DNA of 64,000 nucleotides from Escherichia phage slur02: the sequence record NC_028927.1. One strand, written 5' to 3'. The position numbers were made by a program, and so were the translations under genes. The notes beneath the pieces are model-generated. The model had not been told where the DNA came from, made no database searches, and worked only from the letters and a program-made list of their open reading frames with translations. The number at the start of each line of letters is the position of its first letter. Position 1 is the stretch's first letter. Shown piece after piece: positions 33,160 through 42,227 of the stretch.

Positions 33160-33795
33160 TCACAGTTCAGATGCTACGGTGATTACTGCTTCAATGTTTT
33201 CTGCCGAGCGTTTAATGTCAAGATACACATTACCGTTTTTAGCGATTTTACATGACATTCCGATATCAGTAAATTTCTGAATATGATGTTCCATCATTTT
33301 GTATCCAAAAATTCGCATATTTCCATTGTTGTTAATTTCAAAATTGCGAATTCCGTGAGTGCGTTTTTCTAAAATAGCAAGATAGTTACTGCGGTAAGTT
33401 TCAACCTTTTTAAGAACAAATCCATTTTCATCTAAAAGTTTTAACATGAAGTCTTTATCTTCTTCCATATCGGAAGTAATCTCACGAGCTTTACGAGTCG
33501 CCCGTTTTTTCAGTAGTTCAGGAGCATTTTCCTGCGCATATAAAGTTGCTGCATTTGAAATAATATCCTGAGCTTCACCAGTAATGATTAATCCATCACC
33601 AGATTTCTCCACCAGGCCTTTTTTAATCAATACCCCAATATTACTATTAACTACTGCGTTACCTAAATCTGGATGCACCTCACGAACTTCTGCAGCTGTA
33701 ATGAAATCTTTCTTAGCAATAGTAATTAAAATCGCAGCGGTTTTTTCATTCAGAACATCGTTAGAAGCTTTGATGATGTAAGTTACTTTAGACAT
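33160..33795 (-). CDS. motA: MotA middle-transcription activator (211 aa)
   Basis: 211 aa as T4 MotA; synteny with 52. Confidence 0.9.
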   Translation of the reverse strand: MSKVTYIIKASNDVLNEKTAAILITIAKKDFITAAEVREVHPDLGNAVVNSNIGVLIKKGLVEKSGDGLIITGEAQDIISNAATLYAQENAPELLKKRATRKAREITSDMEEDKDFMLKLLDENGFVLKKVETYRSNYLAILEKRTHGIRNFEINNNGNMRIFGYKMMEHHIQKFTDIGMSCKIAKNGNVYLDIKRSAENIEAVITVASEL

Positions 33796-33836
33796 TTTCT
33801 AATCTCCGTAATTCTGTATCAGTAGTTGATAGTTGT

Positions 33837-33866
33837 ATAGTACCACAGTATGCTTTGGTTGTAAAC
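33837..33866 (-). promoter_or_regulatory. T4-type early promoter for motA (GTTTAC-N18-TACTAT)
   Basis: Minus-strand GGTTTACaaccaaagcatactgtggTACTATAcaactatcaactactgatacag; near-identical to promoters at 16635 and 37703. Confidence 0.55.
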
Positions 33867-33875
33867 CGTTTTGTG

Positions 33876-33916
33876 AAAAAAATTTTAAAATAAAAAGGGA
33901 GAGCCAAGGCTCTCCC
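33876..33916 (-). terminator. terminator hairpin (GGGAGAGCC-AAGG-CTCTCCC) + T/A-rich run
   Basis: 8 bp GC stem read directly, immediately upstream (on minus strand) of the motA early promoter. Confidence 0.6.
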
Positions 33917-33921
33917 TAAAA

Positions 33922-34071
33922 TTACTGCATGACTGTGATAACTGTCATGATAACACGTTGAATTCCGAACGCAAGAAGACCTCCTGCTACGGCTGGAACA
34001 ACGCCTAAACCCGCCAGTAAAATGCTACCGGATACTAATGCAGCGCTTGTAATACCAATGAATGGACTCAT
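33922..34071 (-). CDS. possible small hydrophobic protein (approx 49 aa)
   Basis: Hand translation MSPFIGITSAALVSGSILLAGLGVVPAVAGG...; ATG overlaps gene 52 stop (ATGA); below track cutoff. Confidence 0.4.
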   Translation of the reverse strand: MSPFIGITSAALVSGSILLAGLGVVPAVAGGLLAFGIQRVIMTVITVMQ

Positions 34072-35396
34072 TTGATTTCCTCTAAATCTTTAGTGTATTC
34101 AGTAACTACATCAGTAGTTTTCCAATATTCGTTTTCTTCTTTCTTAGCTTTAGCTTCTTCAGCAAGTTTCTTCGCTTCATCGGAAGTCATATGAAAAATA
34201 TTCATTCCAACTAGTTTATCAACATAAGAAGAATACATATCGATTTTCGAAAGTTCTTCGGTCAGTTCTTTACGAGTTTTACCTTGTACAACAATTTCAC
34301 CTGAAATTACTTTCTTAATGAAATGTGCCTTGGCAAAGGCTAAACGAAAAGCTGACTCAGTTTCTTTGATTTTGTTATCAATTCGTTTTTGGACATAAGT
34401 TTTACGAACTTCAACAAAGTCTTTAATTAAATCGACTACGTTATCGTAAACTTGTAGCTTTCCTTTCTCATTAATAACGGTAATATTTTGGGAACGACGC
34501 TCAATCAACCCAAAGTCTTTCATAATTTTTGCATGGCGTTCTTCTTCATTATCGCTCAAAGAATATTCTTTACGGAATTTAACTTTAAAGCCAAAACCAT
34601 GCTCACCACAAGCATCATCCCATGTAATGAAGCCTTTATCTTCAAGTGGGTCTAAGATTTTACTCACATAAGTTTCACGATCATACTTATACGGAATCTC
34701 AGTGATGTGCATTTGAGTTCGTGAAGTAAACTTATATGTTCCACGAATTTCATATTGTCCATCAATTTCAACGACTTCACCACGAAATTCTGGGAATTCT
34801 ACCTTCGGTTTAGTTACTTTCTTTCCTTGAAGAGCTTGTAGTACAGCTTTCTTGACAGAAGAAACACTATGAGGAAGAATGTAAGTTGCATAACCAGTTG
34901 CAATACCGGAAACGCCATTAAGAAGAACAGTAGGAATAATAGGCAAATAGAAAGCAGGCGGAATGTGTTCTTTATCTTGATGTACCGGAGCATACTCAGT
35001 ATCTTTATATACGTTATAGAAATTTTTACTTACACGAGCAAAAATATAACGACTTGCTGCTGCTTTTTGGACAGTACGAGAACCAAAGTTTCCTTGACCA
35101 TCTAACAGAGGAAAGTTATTATTCCAAGTGTTAGCCATCAAAGCACCTGCGTCTTGCGCAGAGTTTTCACCATGATGATATCCAAGGTCCGCTACACCAC
35201 CTGCAATAGAAGCGAGTTTGTGAAACTTATCTTTATTTCCTCGTGCCAAATCAAGAGCTCGAGCAATAACAAATCGTTGAACTGGCTTAAATCCATCAAT
35301 CATATTTGGAATAGCACGATTTTCAACCGTGTACATAGCATAAGCCAATGCTTCATTATCAATGATACTTTTTAAATCGCGATTATTCAGTTGCAT
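34068..35396 (-). CDS. 52: gp52 DNA topoisomerase II medium subunit (442 aa)
   Basis: 442 aa; GyrA-like cleavage-domain motifs (PVQRF, active-site AAxRY region). Confidence 0.9.
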   Translation of the reverse strand: MQLNNRDLKSIIDNEALAYAMYTVENRAIPNMIDGFKPVQRFVIARALDLARGNKDKFHKLASIAGGVADLGYHHGENSAQDAGALMANTWNNNFPLLDGQGNFGSRTVQKAAASRYIFARVSKNFYNVYKDTEYAPVHQDKEHIPPAFYLPIIPTVLLNGVSGIATGYATYILPHSVSSVKKAVLQALQGKKVTKPKVEFPEFRGEVVEIDGQYEIRGTYKFTSRTQMHITEIPYKYDRETYVSKILDPLEDKGFITWDDACGEHGFGFKVKFRKEYSLSDNEEERHAKIMKDFGLIERRSQNITVINEKGKLQVYDNVVDLIKDFVEVRKTYVQKRIDNKIKETESAFRLAFAKAHFIKKVISGEIVVQGKTRKELTEELSKIDMYSSYVDKLVGMNIFHMTSDEAKKLAEEAKAKKEENEYWKTTDVVTEYTKDLEEIK

Positions 35397-35400
35397 AAAT

Positions 35401-35541
35401 TTACCATACTAGTGAATGTAGTGCCATAATAACATCAGAAATGAAAAGCACGACTTGAATTAATCCGAACATTATTCCGTAATATAATGCTATCAATAAA
35501 ATAGCAAGGGCTAATGAATAGCCCAAGATTTTCTTAATCAT
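35401..35541 (-). CDS. possible small membrane protein (approx 46 aa)
   Basis: Hand translation MIKKILGYSLALAILLIALYYGIMFG...; start overlaps the stop of the upstream small ORF (TAATG); approx coords. Confidence 0.35.
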   Translation of the reverse strand: MIKKILGYSLALAILLIALYYGIMFGLIQVVLFISDVIMALHSLVW

Positions 35542-35692
35542 TAGTAGATAACAACACAAATGTTAAATATGCACACATACCCTGAGCTAAAGCTTGCGAA
35601 AACACACTGCTGGCATCAATACAGATAGTTAAAACACATGCTACTATCCAACAAATAAATGAAATAACTCCTAATAATTTTGCAATATTCAT
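35541..35692 (-). CDS. possible small membrane protein (approx 50 aa), perhaps the ac-like ORF
   Basis: Hand translation MNIAKLLGVISFICWIVACVL...; position of T4 ac (52.1); approx coords. Confidence 0.35.
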
Positions 35693-35699
35693 ATTTTCC

Positions 35700-35780
35700 T
35701 CACTGGTGTCCGAAGACGCCTTTGGTTTTAAGATTGTTACGATAGAACTGCATCACGTGTTCGTTGTGGAAATTACTCAT
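35700..35780 (-). CDS. stp: Stp peptide (26 aa)
   Basis: Hand translation [26 protein letters not shown] matches recalled T4 Stp; start overlaps ndd stop. Confidence 0.7.
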   Translation of the reverse strand: MSNFHNEHVMQFYRNNLKTKGVFGHQ

Positions 35781-36238
35781 TAATATGCCTGCAAAACAAA
35801 TTTAAAGTTATCAGCCAACATACGGTTCATTTCTTCAAGTGTTTGATACTCAGAATGATGATTACGAGTAAACGCTAAAGCTAACTGTCCTTTTCCAAAT
35901 CCCGTCGTCAGAGGTTTCATCTTAGAAGCAGGCAGATAAAATACTGTGTATGGAACATTGTTATTTGCAATAGTACGTGCAAGTTGAGACCGACGCTGGC
36001 GAATATGACTTAGAACCGCACTGAATCCTTGCTTAGAACGCTGATTACCTACATAAAATCGTGCAGACACACATGGATTACTAAATGGACGACCATCTAA
36101 TTTACTTACTAAAAAGTAAAATCCAGGTTTAGATAAAATATCTTTATGCGGAGTTCCTAAAAACCATTCACCACCCTTGATTGTACCAATAACAGTTGCG
36201 CCTGCATTATTCAGATCAGTAACAGTCATGTATTTCAT
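35780..36238 (-). CDS. ndd: Ndd nucleoid disruption protein (approx 152 aa)
   Basis: Track ORF trimmed to internal Met (MKYMTVTDL) preceded by GAGGAAATTAAT; size and position as T4 ndd. Confidence 0.75.
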   Translation of the reverse strand: MKYMTVTDLNNAGATVIGTIKGGEWFLGTPHKDILSKPGFYFLVSKLDGRPFSNPCVSARFYVGNQRSKQGFSAVLSHIRQRRSQLARTIANNNVPYTVFYLPASKMKPLTTGFGKGQLALAFTRNHHSEYQTLEEMNRMLADNFKFVLQAY

Positions 36239-36298
36239 ATTAATTTCCTCTAAATTATTTTCTACTCCAAGGCCGCATAAATACACACGGCCATTAAA

Positions 36299-36514
36299 TT
36301 AATCGTCGCAGTCGACGCTCAATTCCCAAAACTCTTCTACAGTATAAGTTTCAGTATCATTTTCAATACAGAAACGTTCATTACTGTTATTTGCTAAAGT
36401 AGCGTTAACTGTCATTTTCTCGCTGGTGCTCTTAAGAGGTGAAATACGAATTAACTGATCACCGTTATCTAAACAGAAAATTTCACCAACTTTTACATCT
36501 TTAAAGATTTTCAT
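36299..36514 (-). CDS. hypothetical protein (71 aa)
   Basis: ORF track. Confidence 0.5.
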   Translation of the reverse strand: MKIFKDVKVGEIFCLDNGDQLIRISPLKSTSEKMTVNATLANNSNERFCIENDTETYTVEEFWELSVDCDD

Positions 36515-36630
36515 AATTCACCTCAAGGAGTATAAAATCCAAATGCAGTTGTTGACCATCCCATCCAATACGGAAAAATTTGCACCAATGTAAAACATAA
36601 GAATATAAAACCAAATGTTTAGTAAATTCA

Positions 36631-36849
36631 TTATTTTACACCATTCCAAATTGTTTCAACCACAGATTTTAAACCATTTTGATGAATATCAATTCCGACT
36701 ACTGTCATCAAATAGATTCCAACTACAACTGAACCTAAGGCAAAAATCAGCATGAAAATGAATAAAGCCGGAAAAATATTATCGAAAAACCATTCAATAA
36801 ATGTAAAAGCACTGCGTTTACGCTTCATATTTTCCTCACATAAATCCAA
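36631..36849 (-). CDS. hypothetical small membrane protein (72 aa)
   Basis: ORF track; hydrophobic core. Confidence 0.5.
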   Translation of the reverse strand: MDLCEENMKRKRSAFTFIEWFFDNIFPALFIFMLIFALGSVVVGIYLMTVVGIDIHQNGLKSVVETIWNGVK

Positions 36850-36949
36850 AGTAAACGTTTAATACATCAATCATTAAAACGATTGGGAATATACTCAAAA
36901 CTATTAGTATTATAACTACATTCCATATAGCTTTAATAATCTTTTTCAT
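36836..36949 (-). CDS. small membrane protein (approx 37 aa)
   Basis: Track ORF 36836..37084 trimmed to the internal Met (MKKIIKAIWNVVIILIVL...) preceded by GGAGGAACAGAAA, because an early promoter lies in the 5' part of the track ORF. Confidence 0.4.
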   Translation of the reverse strand: MKKIIKAIWNVVIILIVLSIFPIVLMIDVLNVYFGFM

Positions 36950-36977
36950 TTTCTGTTCCTCCGTAGTTGATAGGGTA

Positions 36978-37007
36978 ATAATACCACGGAAGAACAGTCC
37001 TGTAAAC
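36978..37007 (-). promoter_or_regulatory. T4-type early promoter (GTTTAC-N18-TATTAT)
   Basis: Minus-strand tTGTTTACaggactgttcttccgtggTATTATtaccc (approx coords). Confidence 0.5.
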
Positions 37008-37192
37008 AACTTTTTTAAAAATATTCGTAATAAATGTGAATACCAACTACTACCGCTGAAACCTGTGCAACCCACCACGCACAAGCAATAAGTACAGAAT
37101 TCATAATTTTCATAATAACCTCATCACAAAAGTAAATGTTAAACAAATTACTGGAATACTAATTAACCAAACAAAACACCACCATAGTGAAC

Positions 37193-37465
37193 TCATAGCT
37201 CAATCTCAGCGATTTTCATTTCATTACTATTAATAGCCGCTTTAAGACTATCTGAAAGAATTACATTCCAGTGGTCATTCATATGACCATTAATTAAGCG
37301 TGTAATTTCTTCTGGAGTTGAAAAATAAGGCGTATCAGACTCCCAATGCGATAATCCTAAGCGAGTATAAATCATACCTTCATCATCGCTAGAATATTCA
37401 ACTGACACAAACTCATCAGTTATTTTATGTTTAGCGTAATAAAATTTAAATTTCATTTTACTCAA
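37193..37465 (-). CDS. hypothetical protein (90 aa)
   Basis: ORF track. Confidence 0.5.
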   Translation of the reverse strand: MSKMKFKFYYAKHKITDEFVSVEYSSDDEGMIYTRLGLSHWESDTPYFSTPEEITRLINGHMNDHWNVILSDSLKAAINSNEMKIAEIEL

Positions 37466-37680
37466 TAATCCGCTAAAAGATCGACGATTGCATCACGAAG
37501 ACACTTATTCGCAATACGTTTAAGAGCAATTTCAGTTTCTGGAGCATTTTGAATAATCATCGAATTCAACTCAGCCTCAGCAAACTGAAGTTCTTTAACT
37601 AGTTCAGCTTTATATTTCCCTTGCCCTTTCTTAGCCTTTGCCCGTTTTAATTCAGCTGTAGTAAACATTTTATTCTCCAA
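37462..37680 (-). CDS. hypothetical protein (72 aa)
   Basis: ORF track; early promoter upstream. Confidence 0.5.
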   Translation of the reverse strand: MENKMFTTAELKRAKAKKGQGKYKAELVKELQFAEAELNSMIIQNAPETEIALKRIANKCLRDAIVDLLADY

Positions 37681-37702
37681 ATCCGTATCAGTTGATAGTT
37701 GT

Positions 37703-37732
37703 ATAGTACCACAGTCCTTGTGGTATGTAAAC
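37703..37732 (-). promoter_or_regulatory. T4-type early promoter (GTTTAC-N18-TACTAT)
   Basis: Minus-strand cagTTTACAtaccacaaggactgtggTACTATAcaactatcaactga with AT-rich upstream element. Confidence 0.55.
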
Positions 37733-37750
37733 TGTTTTATGAAATTTTTT

Positions 37751-38308
37751 TTAAATAGAAAGATACCATCCGTTGTAGTTGCTTTTTCTTACAACCTTAC
37801 GAAGGTCTTCTCTGTCACCGATGAACTTCGGAGTGTACTGGATGACACCTGGATGAATTTCTTTAGTGTTGAATATAATTATACAGTCCGCGACTTGATG
37901 ATTTAGAATGGGCCCTAGATTTATTCCAGAACCGTATGGATACTCTCCGCTGCATCCTGTTGTTACAGAAATCCAACGTGAGTCAGTTTGGTGTGTCTTA
38001 ACTTCTACACGAAGCCCGCAGTATCTTGGATGCGCCAATACATCCCATGCGTATGTATACGGGTCATTAACATCTTCTTGACCTTTATTAACATATCCGC
38101 TTAGCCAATCTGCCACAAAAAACTCTGCGTACACAGCGATACGACATCTTTCGATAACTTCTGCTTTATCCTGGTTCGGGTTTTGTTTTAAAGAGTATCT
38201 TGCTGTATCAGCAATTTTGACCTTCATTTCACTAGTCAAGTCACTGTTCGATAGGGTAAATGTCGGAATCTGAAATAGTCTCTGTAAACCCGGATTCGTT
38301 TTCTGCAT
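37751..38308 (-). CDS. denB: endonuclease IV (DenB), 185 aa
   Basis: 185 aa as T4 DenB; position next to rIIB. Confidence 0.8.
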   Translation of the reverse strand: MQKTNPGLQRLFQIPTFTLSNSDLTSEMKVKIADTARYSLKQNPNQDKAEVIERCRIAVYAEFFVADWLSGYVNKGQEDVNDPYTYAWDVLAHPRYCGLRVEVKTHQTDSRWISVTTGCSGEYPYGSGINLGPILNHQVADCIIIFNTKEIHPGVIQYTPKFIGDREDLRKVVRKSNYNGWYLSI

Positions 38309-38570
38309 TTAGACTTTCCTTTTTGCCGCTGAGATAGGCGTTATATACTTTAAGAGTACCATAATAAATTCGGTCATTTTCATCTAAAGACTCGCGGTCA
38401 AGTTCATCGAGCTCCTTTTTATCCATGACTATAACATCATTACAGTAAAGAAACCCAAGTTTTTCGTGACCAAACTCAAATTTATTACAGTACACAATAT
38501 TAGCGTGATGATTTCCGTGCAGTTTAATCTCTTTTATGTCGGAATCACCGATATTCATACAATAAATCAT
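38241..38570 (-). CDS. hypothetical protein (109 aa), 3' end overlaps denB start
   Basis: ORF track; 68-nt out-of-frame overlap, start uncertain. Confidence 0.45.
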   Translation of the reverse strand: MIYCMNIGDSDIKEIKLHGNHHANIVYCNKFEFGHEKLGFLYCNDVIVMDKKELDELDRESLDENDRIYYGTLKVYNAYLSGKKESLNAENESGFTETISDSDIYPIEQ

Positions 38571-38584
38571 AATTTTTCCTTAAA

Positions 38585-38606
38585 ACAAAAGGGCCGAAGC
38601 CCTTTA
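38585..38606 (-). terminator. terminator-like hairpin (AAGGGC-TTCG-GCCCTT) + T-rich tail
   Basis: Read directly downstream of ORF 38609..38803. Confidence 0.5.
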
Positions 38607-38608
38607 TT

Positions 38609-38803
38609 TTACTTGAATTGTGCAATTCTTTTCTCTAGACATTCAGCATAAGATTTCATTGAGATGAACTGTGAAAGTAGTAGTTCTTGCTCAACTGCAC
38701 TAACTGTTAGAAACTTTGCGCTTTCTAAAAATTTGTTCAGTGCATTAATTTTGAGCATTAATTGATCGTATTCTTCTTTTACTCGTGCTTGATAACCTAA
38801 CAT
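38609..38803 (-). CDS. hypothetical protein (64 aa)
   Basis: ORF track. Confidence 0.5.
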   Translation of the reverse strand: MLGYQARVKEEYDQLMLKINALNKFLESAKFLTVSAVEQELLLSQFISMKSYAECLEKRIAQFK

Positions 38804-38831
38804 AATTTTCCTTAGTTAAGGGACGAAGCCC

Positions 38832-39770
38832 TTATTTAAATTGTTCAGTAACGTCTTCAACTACTTCGTATTGGCAGGTACGCATTTTAGCGTCGTTGTA
38901 ATCAATCGGAATTGATACTACATCGCGAGGATGTACTTTAACTTTTACAACTCGGCTGGTTGAACTGCCAAAGTGACGAATATAAGATTTAGAACACACA
39001 TGCAGACCACGAGAACAAGTTTGTGTATCATCGTCATTCACACGAGTACGTGGCATTTTAACTACTTTACCAGGACTGTTATCAAAGGTGTTTGAGTGAC
39101 AGTCAAAGTAATTGCTGCGAACTACTTTCCAAGCATAGAAGTAACCATCTTCTGTAATTTCAATATCGTTTGCTACCAAGAAATCAAAGAGTCGAGATAC
39201 AGCTTTTTGGCTTGGGTTTTCCAACAGATTTTCCAAGAACGGAAAATAAAATTCAAAGTTTTCGCCTTTTTCCATCGAGTCAAGAATACGATCAACCAAA
39301 CCAGACCGCAATTCGATATTTTGATAGAACAAGCTTCCACCTTCAATTCGAACATCACCGGAAATATATTTTTCAACAGCGCGACGAACATTAATTTTTT
39401 GTGCAGCTTCTTCCAGCTTATCCGCTACAAGCAGATTAAGAATTTCCTGGAAGTTTGAATGAGTATTAGGAGTTGCGTTATAAGTTACACCGTCAACAGT
39501 AATTGAAATGAATTTTTTAGATGCATTCCAAATAATGTCAGATTTAGCAACTGGAGCAATAACTGCATCGCTATTAACTTTAACTGTAATATCACCGCTA
39601 ATAGTAACTTTAGAGCGTTTAGCTTCTTCAGCATTTTTCAAAACACGACGGATTGTGTCAACTGATACATCCTTCCAATAAGCCAATTCCTGTTGGGTGT
39701 AATTACCGCTTGAATACAGTTTAACAATTTCAGCTTGTTCGTTTTTGGTCAGGCATTTAATATTGTACAT
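38832..39770 (-). CDS. rIIB: rIIB (312 aa)
   Basis: 312 aa as T4 rIIB; directly follows rIIA. Confidence 0.9.
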   Translation of the reverse strand: MYNIKCLTKNEQAEIVKLYSSGNYTQQELAYWKDVSVDTIRRVLKNAEEAKRSKVTISGDITVKVNSDAVIAPVAKSDIIWNASKKFISITVDGVTYNATPNTHSNFQEILNLLVADKLEEAAQKINVRRAVEKYISGDVRIEGGSLFYQNIELRSGLVDRILDSMEKGENFEFYFPFLENLLENPSQKAVSRLFDFLVANDIEITEDGYFYAWKVVRSNYFDCHSNTFDNSPGKVVKMPRTRVNDDDTQTCSRGLHVCSKSYIRHFGSSTSRVVKVKVHPRDVVSIPIDYNDAKMRTCQYEVVEDVTEQFK

Positions 39771-39781
39771 AATTTTCCTTA

Positions 39782-41959
39782 TTAGGCCGCAAGGGCCTTC
39801 ATAGTTTTAGCGATTTGGGAAACTTCATCATCACTTAAAGAGTTGCGATAACCGATGAAGTCGGAAACAATACGGAATTTCTTGGTAAACTCAGCAACCA
39901 TTTTATCACTGTTTTTTGAAGCATTATTTGATAATACATCAAAAAGATTAGTTACTGTCCAGATGTCATGACCAATGGTATCTTTTCCACCATTAAAATA
40001 TACACCGCGCAATGAACTAACTATATTAGCGAGTCGTGTATATTCTTCAGAAACTTCATCTGTGCTGAAGTACTTCATCATAAAATCTAGTTCAGGATAC
40101 TTGATAATTTTATCAATATATCGTTGAGCTGAACTTGAATAACCTACGTACTTATCATAATCTACATCATCAAAAGCATCTACATATAAATCGCGCAAAG
40201 CTTCAAAAATACATTGGCACTGACCGAGTTCTTTTACCTTTTTCTGCAAAAGCGGACGAATAACATAAAACTCATTAATGCCAATAATATTAGCCATACG
40301 AATCAAAATATTCATAGATGGATGACAAAGAGATGTAGTACCATCCATAGAGAAAATATCAGAACGATGCATATACGCTACATAACCAGTAATTTCATCT
40401 GCTTCTGATGTGAGCGTAAATAATTCCTCTTTTTCCCAGCGCCCGTCTTTAATTTCAAACTTAAATGCTGTAGCAGCTTTAGGACGAGGAGCTTTACTTT
40501 TAACTACCTTTGGAATATAGCTTTTAACTAAAGCTTCAATTTCTGACAAATAATGAATGTTAACTTCATCACTTTCAAACATCGCCATAATATCAGGGAG
40601 TAAATCAATCTGCGATTCTACTTCTGGATTAATAAACAGAAGACGCTCATTATGATGAATATTCAGAGTGTTATTAAATTCACTATCATCTAACGCACGT
40701 GCTAATCCACGGACAATATTAACACGATTTTTAATATTATCAATAACGATATTAATTTTTGTTGTATTAATACCAAACAGACGATAACTTGATGCAACGG
40801 CTGAAGTTTCATGACTTTGCTTAATGCGCTTCAGTCGAGGGTCAAGATTTACTTCATACACAACTCCCGCGTTGCATAACTTACTGTCAGGTTCAAACAT
40901 GCTCTGCATCTTTTTATATGACAGATTTTTAGTCGTGAATTTGACTGAATTGCTAATCATATAATCTCGAGCAGAATACCCCATCTTCATCAATTCACGG
41001 TATGTATGACGAGGAGATGTAGATTCTTTAAATCGTTTTACATCTTCATTAAATGCTTTCTCACTGAGTTCTTTAACTCGTTCAATAATATTTTTACGAG
41101 TACGATCATCCAGTGAAAGAGCCTCGCGAGATGGAGCAATATCAAGCGAACCCATTGGAAACTTAATGTAATTCACTTCATTGCGGATGCTTAACCAGTT
41201 ACGGTCTCTAATAACACCATCGATAGGATAAACAATACCGCCGTAGATAGCATATAATCCACCACGATCTGGCCAGTATCTTTCTGGATTTACACCGTAA
41301 TAATCATCAAAATCCGGAAAATAATCAATTTCGCGGTCAAGACCATTAATGATAGCCAAATCTTTGAACGGTCGCATGATATAAGAAACTTCATAAGCAA
41401 AGTTTCTAAAGTCTTTTTCTTCAACTGGAACTACGATTTCAATACCAGTTTTATCATCTGGACCCATTTCTTTTACGAATGTAGGTTTAATCTGTGGACC
41501 ATCACCATCCATATAAGCTACATAACCACGAATTTCACCTTTATGATACGAAGTAATACTAAATGTATCAGTATAACTAAACGGAGATTTAGAACCTAAA
41601 CCAAATCCGCCAATGAAATCGTTAGATTCAGCCTTAGATGAACTGAAGTATGAATTATACAGACCAGGAGAATTATCATCACCCTGAATATCAAAATCAC
41701 TCATACCGGGACCAAAATCTCGGCAAACAAATCGTGGATCTAAACGTCCAGGAACTTGTATGATAAATTTTTCAGGATTTCCATTGAGTGCATGGGCATC
41801 AATCATGTTGGTAATCAATTCACGGACTACTGCGCGAATTTTGTTTGTATACAAATCAGATGACAGAATTTTAAATACTTTAGGAGATGCTGTGATGCTA
41901 AATGCTTTTGATTTAGAACCATTACCAAGAATTGTTTCTTTTTCAGTGGTGATAATCAT
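39782..41959 (-). CDS. rIIA: rIIA (725 aa)
   Basis: 725 aa as T4 rIIA; N-terminal ATPase-like (GHKL-type) region. Confidence 0.9.
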   Translation of the reverse strand: MIITTEKETILGNGSKSKAFSITASPKVFKILSSDLYTNKIRAVVRELITNMIDAHALNGNPEKFIIQVPGRLDPRFVCRDFGPGMSDFDIQGDDNSPGLYNSYFSSSKAESNDFIGGFGLGSKSPFSYTDTFSITSYHKGEIRGYVAYMDGDGPQIKPTFVKEMGPDDKTGIEIVVPVEEKDFRNFAYEVSYIMRPFKDLAIINGLDREIDYFPDFDDYYGVNPERYWPDRGGLYAIYGGIVYPIDGVIRDRNWLSIRNEVNYIKFPMGSLDIAPSREALSLDDRTRKNIIERVKELSEKAFNEDVKRFKESTSPRHTYRELMKMGYSARDYMISNSVKFTTKNLSYKKMQSMFEPDSKLCNAGVVYEVNLDPRLKRIKQSHETSAVASSYRLFGINTTKINIVIDNIKNRVNIVRGLARALDDSEFNNTLNIHHNERLLFINPEVESQIDLLPDIMAMFESDEVNIHYLSEIEALVKSYIPKVVKSKAPRPKAATAFKFEIKDGRWEKEELFTLTSEADEITGYVAYMHRSDIFSMDGTTSLCHPSMNILIRMANIIGINEFYVIRPLLQKKVKELGQCQCIFEALRDLYVDAFDDVDYDKYVGYSSSAQRYIDKIIKYPELDFMMKYFSTDEVSEEYTRLANIVSSLRGVYFNGGKDTIGHDIWTVTNLFDVLSNNASKNSDKMVAEFTKKFRIVSDFIGYRNSLSDDEVSQIAKTMKALAA

Positions 41960-41969
41960 AATTTCCTCA

Positions 41970-42173
41970 TTAATTCATATTACGCTTAATAACTTCAGCA
42001 ACTTCTAGTAGTTCATCTTTAGTTGCGGTGTCGGATTGAATTTTATCTCTAATATCTTTAAAGCGGTTTTTAAACTCTTCGGCTTCTCCCATATCGAAAA
42101 AGCGTTGAATAATTCTATATTCTCGATGAACTGCTTTATCAAAAAGTTCTAAATTTACTTTATATGATTTCAT
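41970..42173 (-). CDS. hypothetical protein (67 aa), rIIA.1-like
   Basis: ORF track; between gene 39 and rIIA. Confidence 0.55.
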   Translation of the reverse strand: MKSYKVNLELFDKAVHREYRIIQRFFDMGEAEEFKNRFKDIRDKIQSDTATKDELLEVAEVIKRNMN

Positions 42174-42197
42174 TTCAATATCCTCATTTGCCCAATT

Positions 42198-42227
42198 AAT
42201 TATACCACATCCTTGTGGTAAAGTAAA
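42198..42227 (-). promoter_or_regulatory. T4-type early promoter (GTTTAC-N18-TATAAT)
   Basis: Minus-strand cagtaGTTTACtttaccacaaggatgtgGTATAATtaatt right after the gene 39 stop. Confidence 0.55.

Noticed and set aside
36836-37084. Full-length 82-aa version of this ORF
   Set aside because: An early promoter (-35 and -10) lies inside its 5' part, so the upstream codons would not be on the transcript; the internal Met with a strong SD was kept instead (36836..36949).
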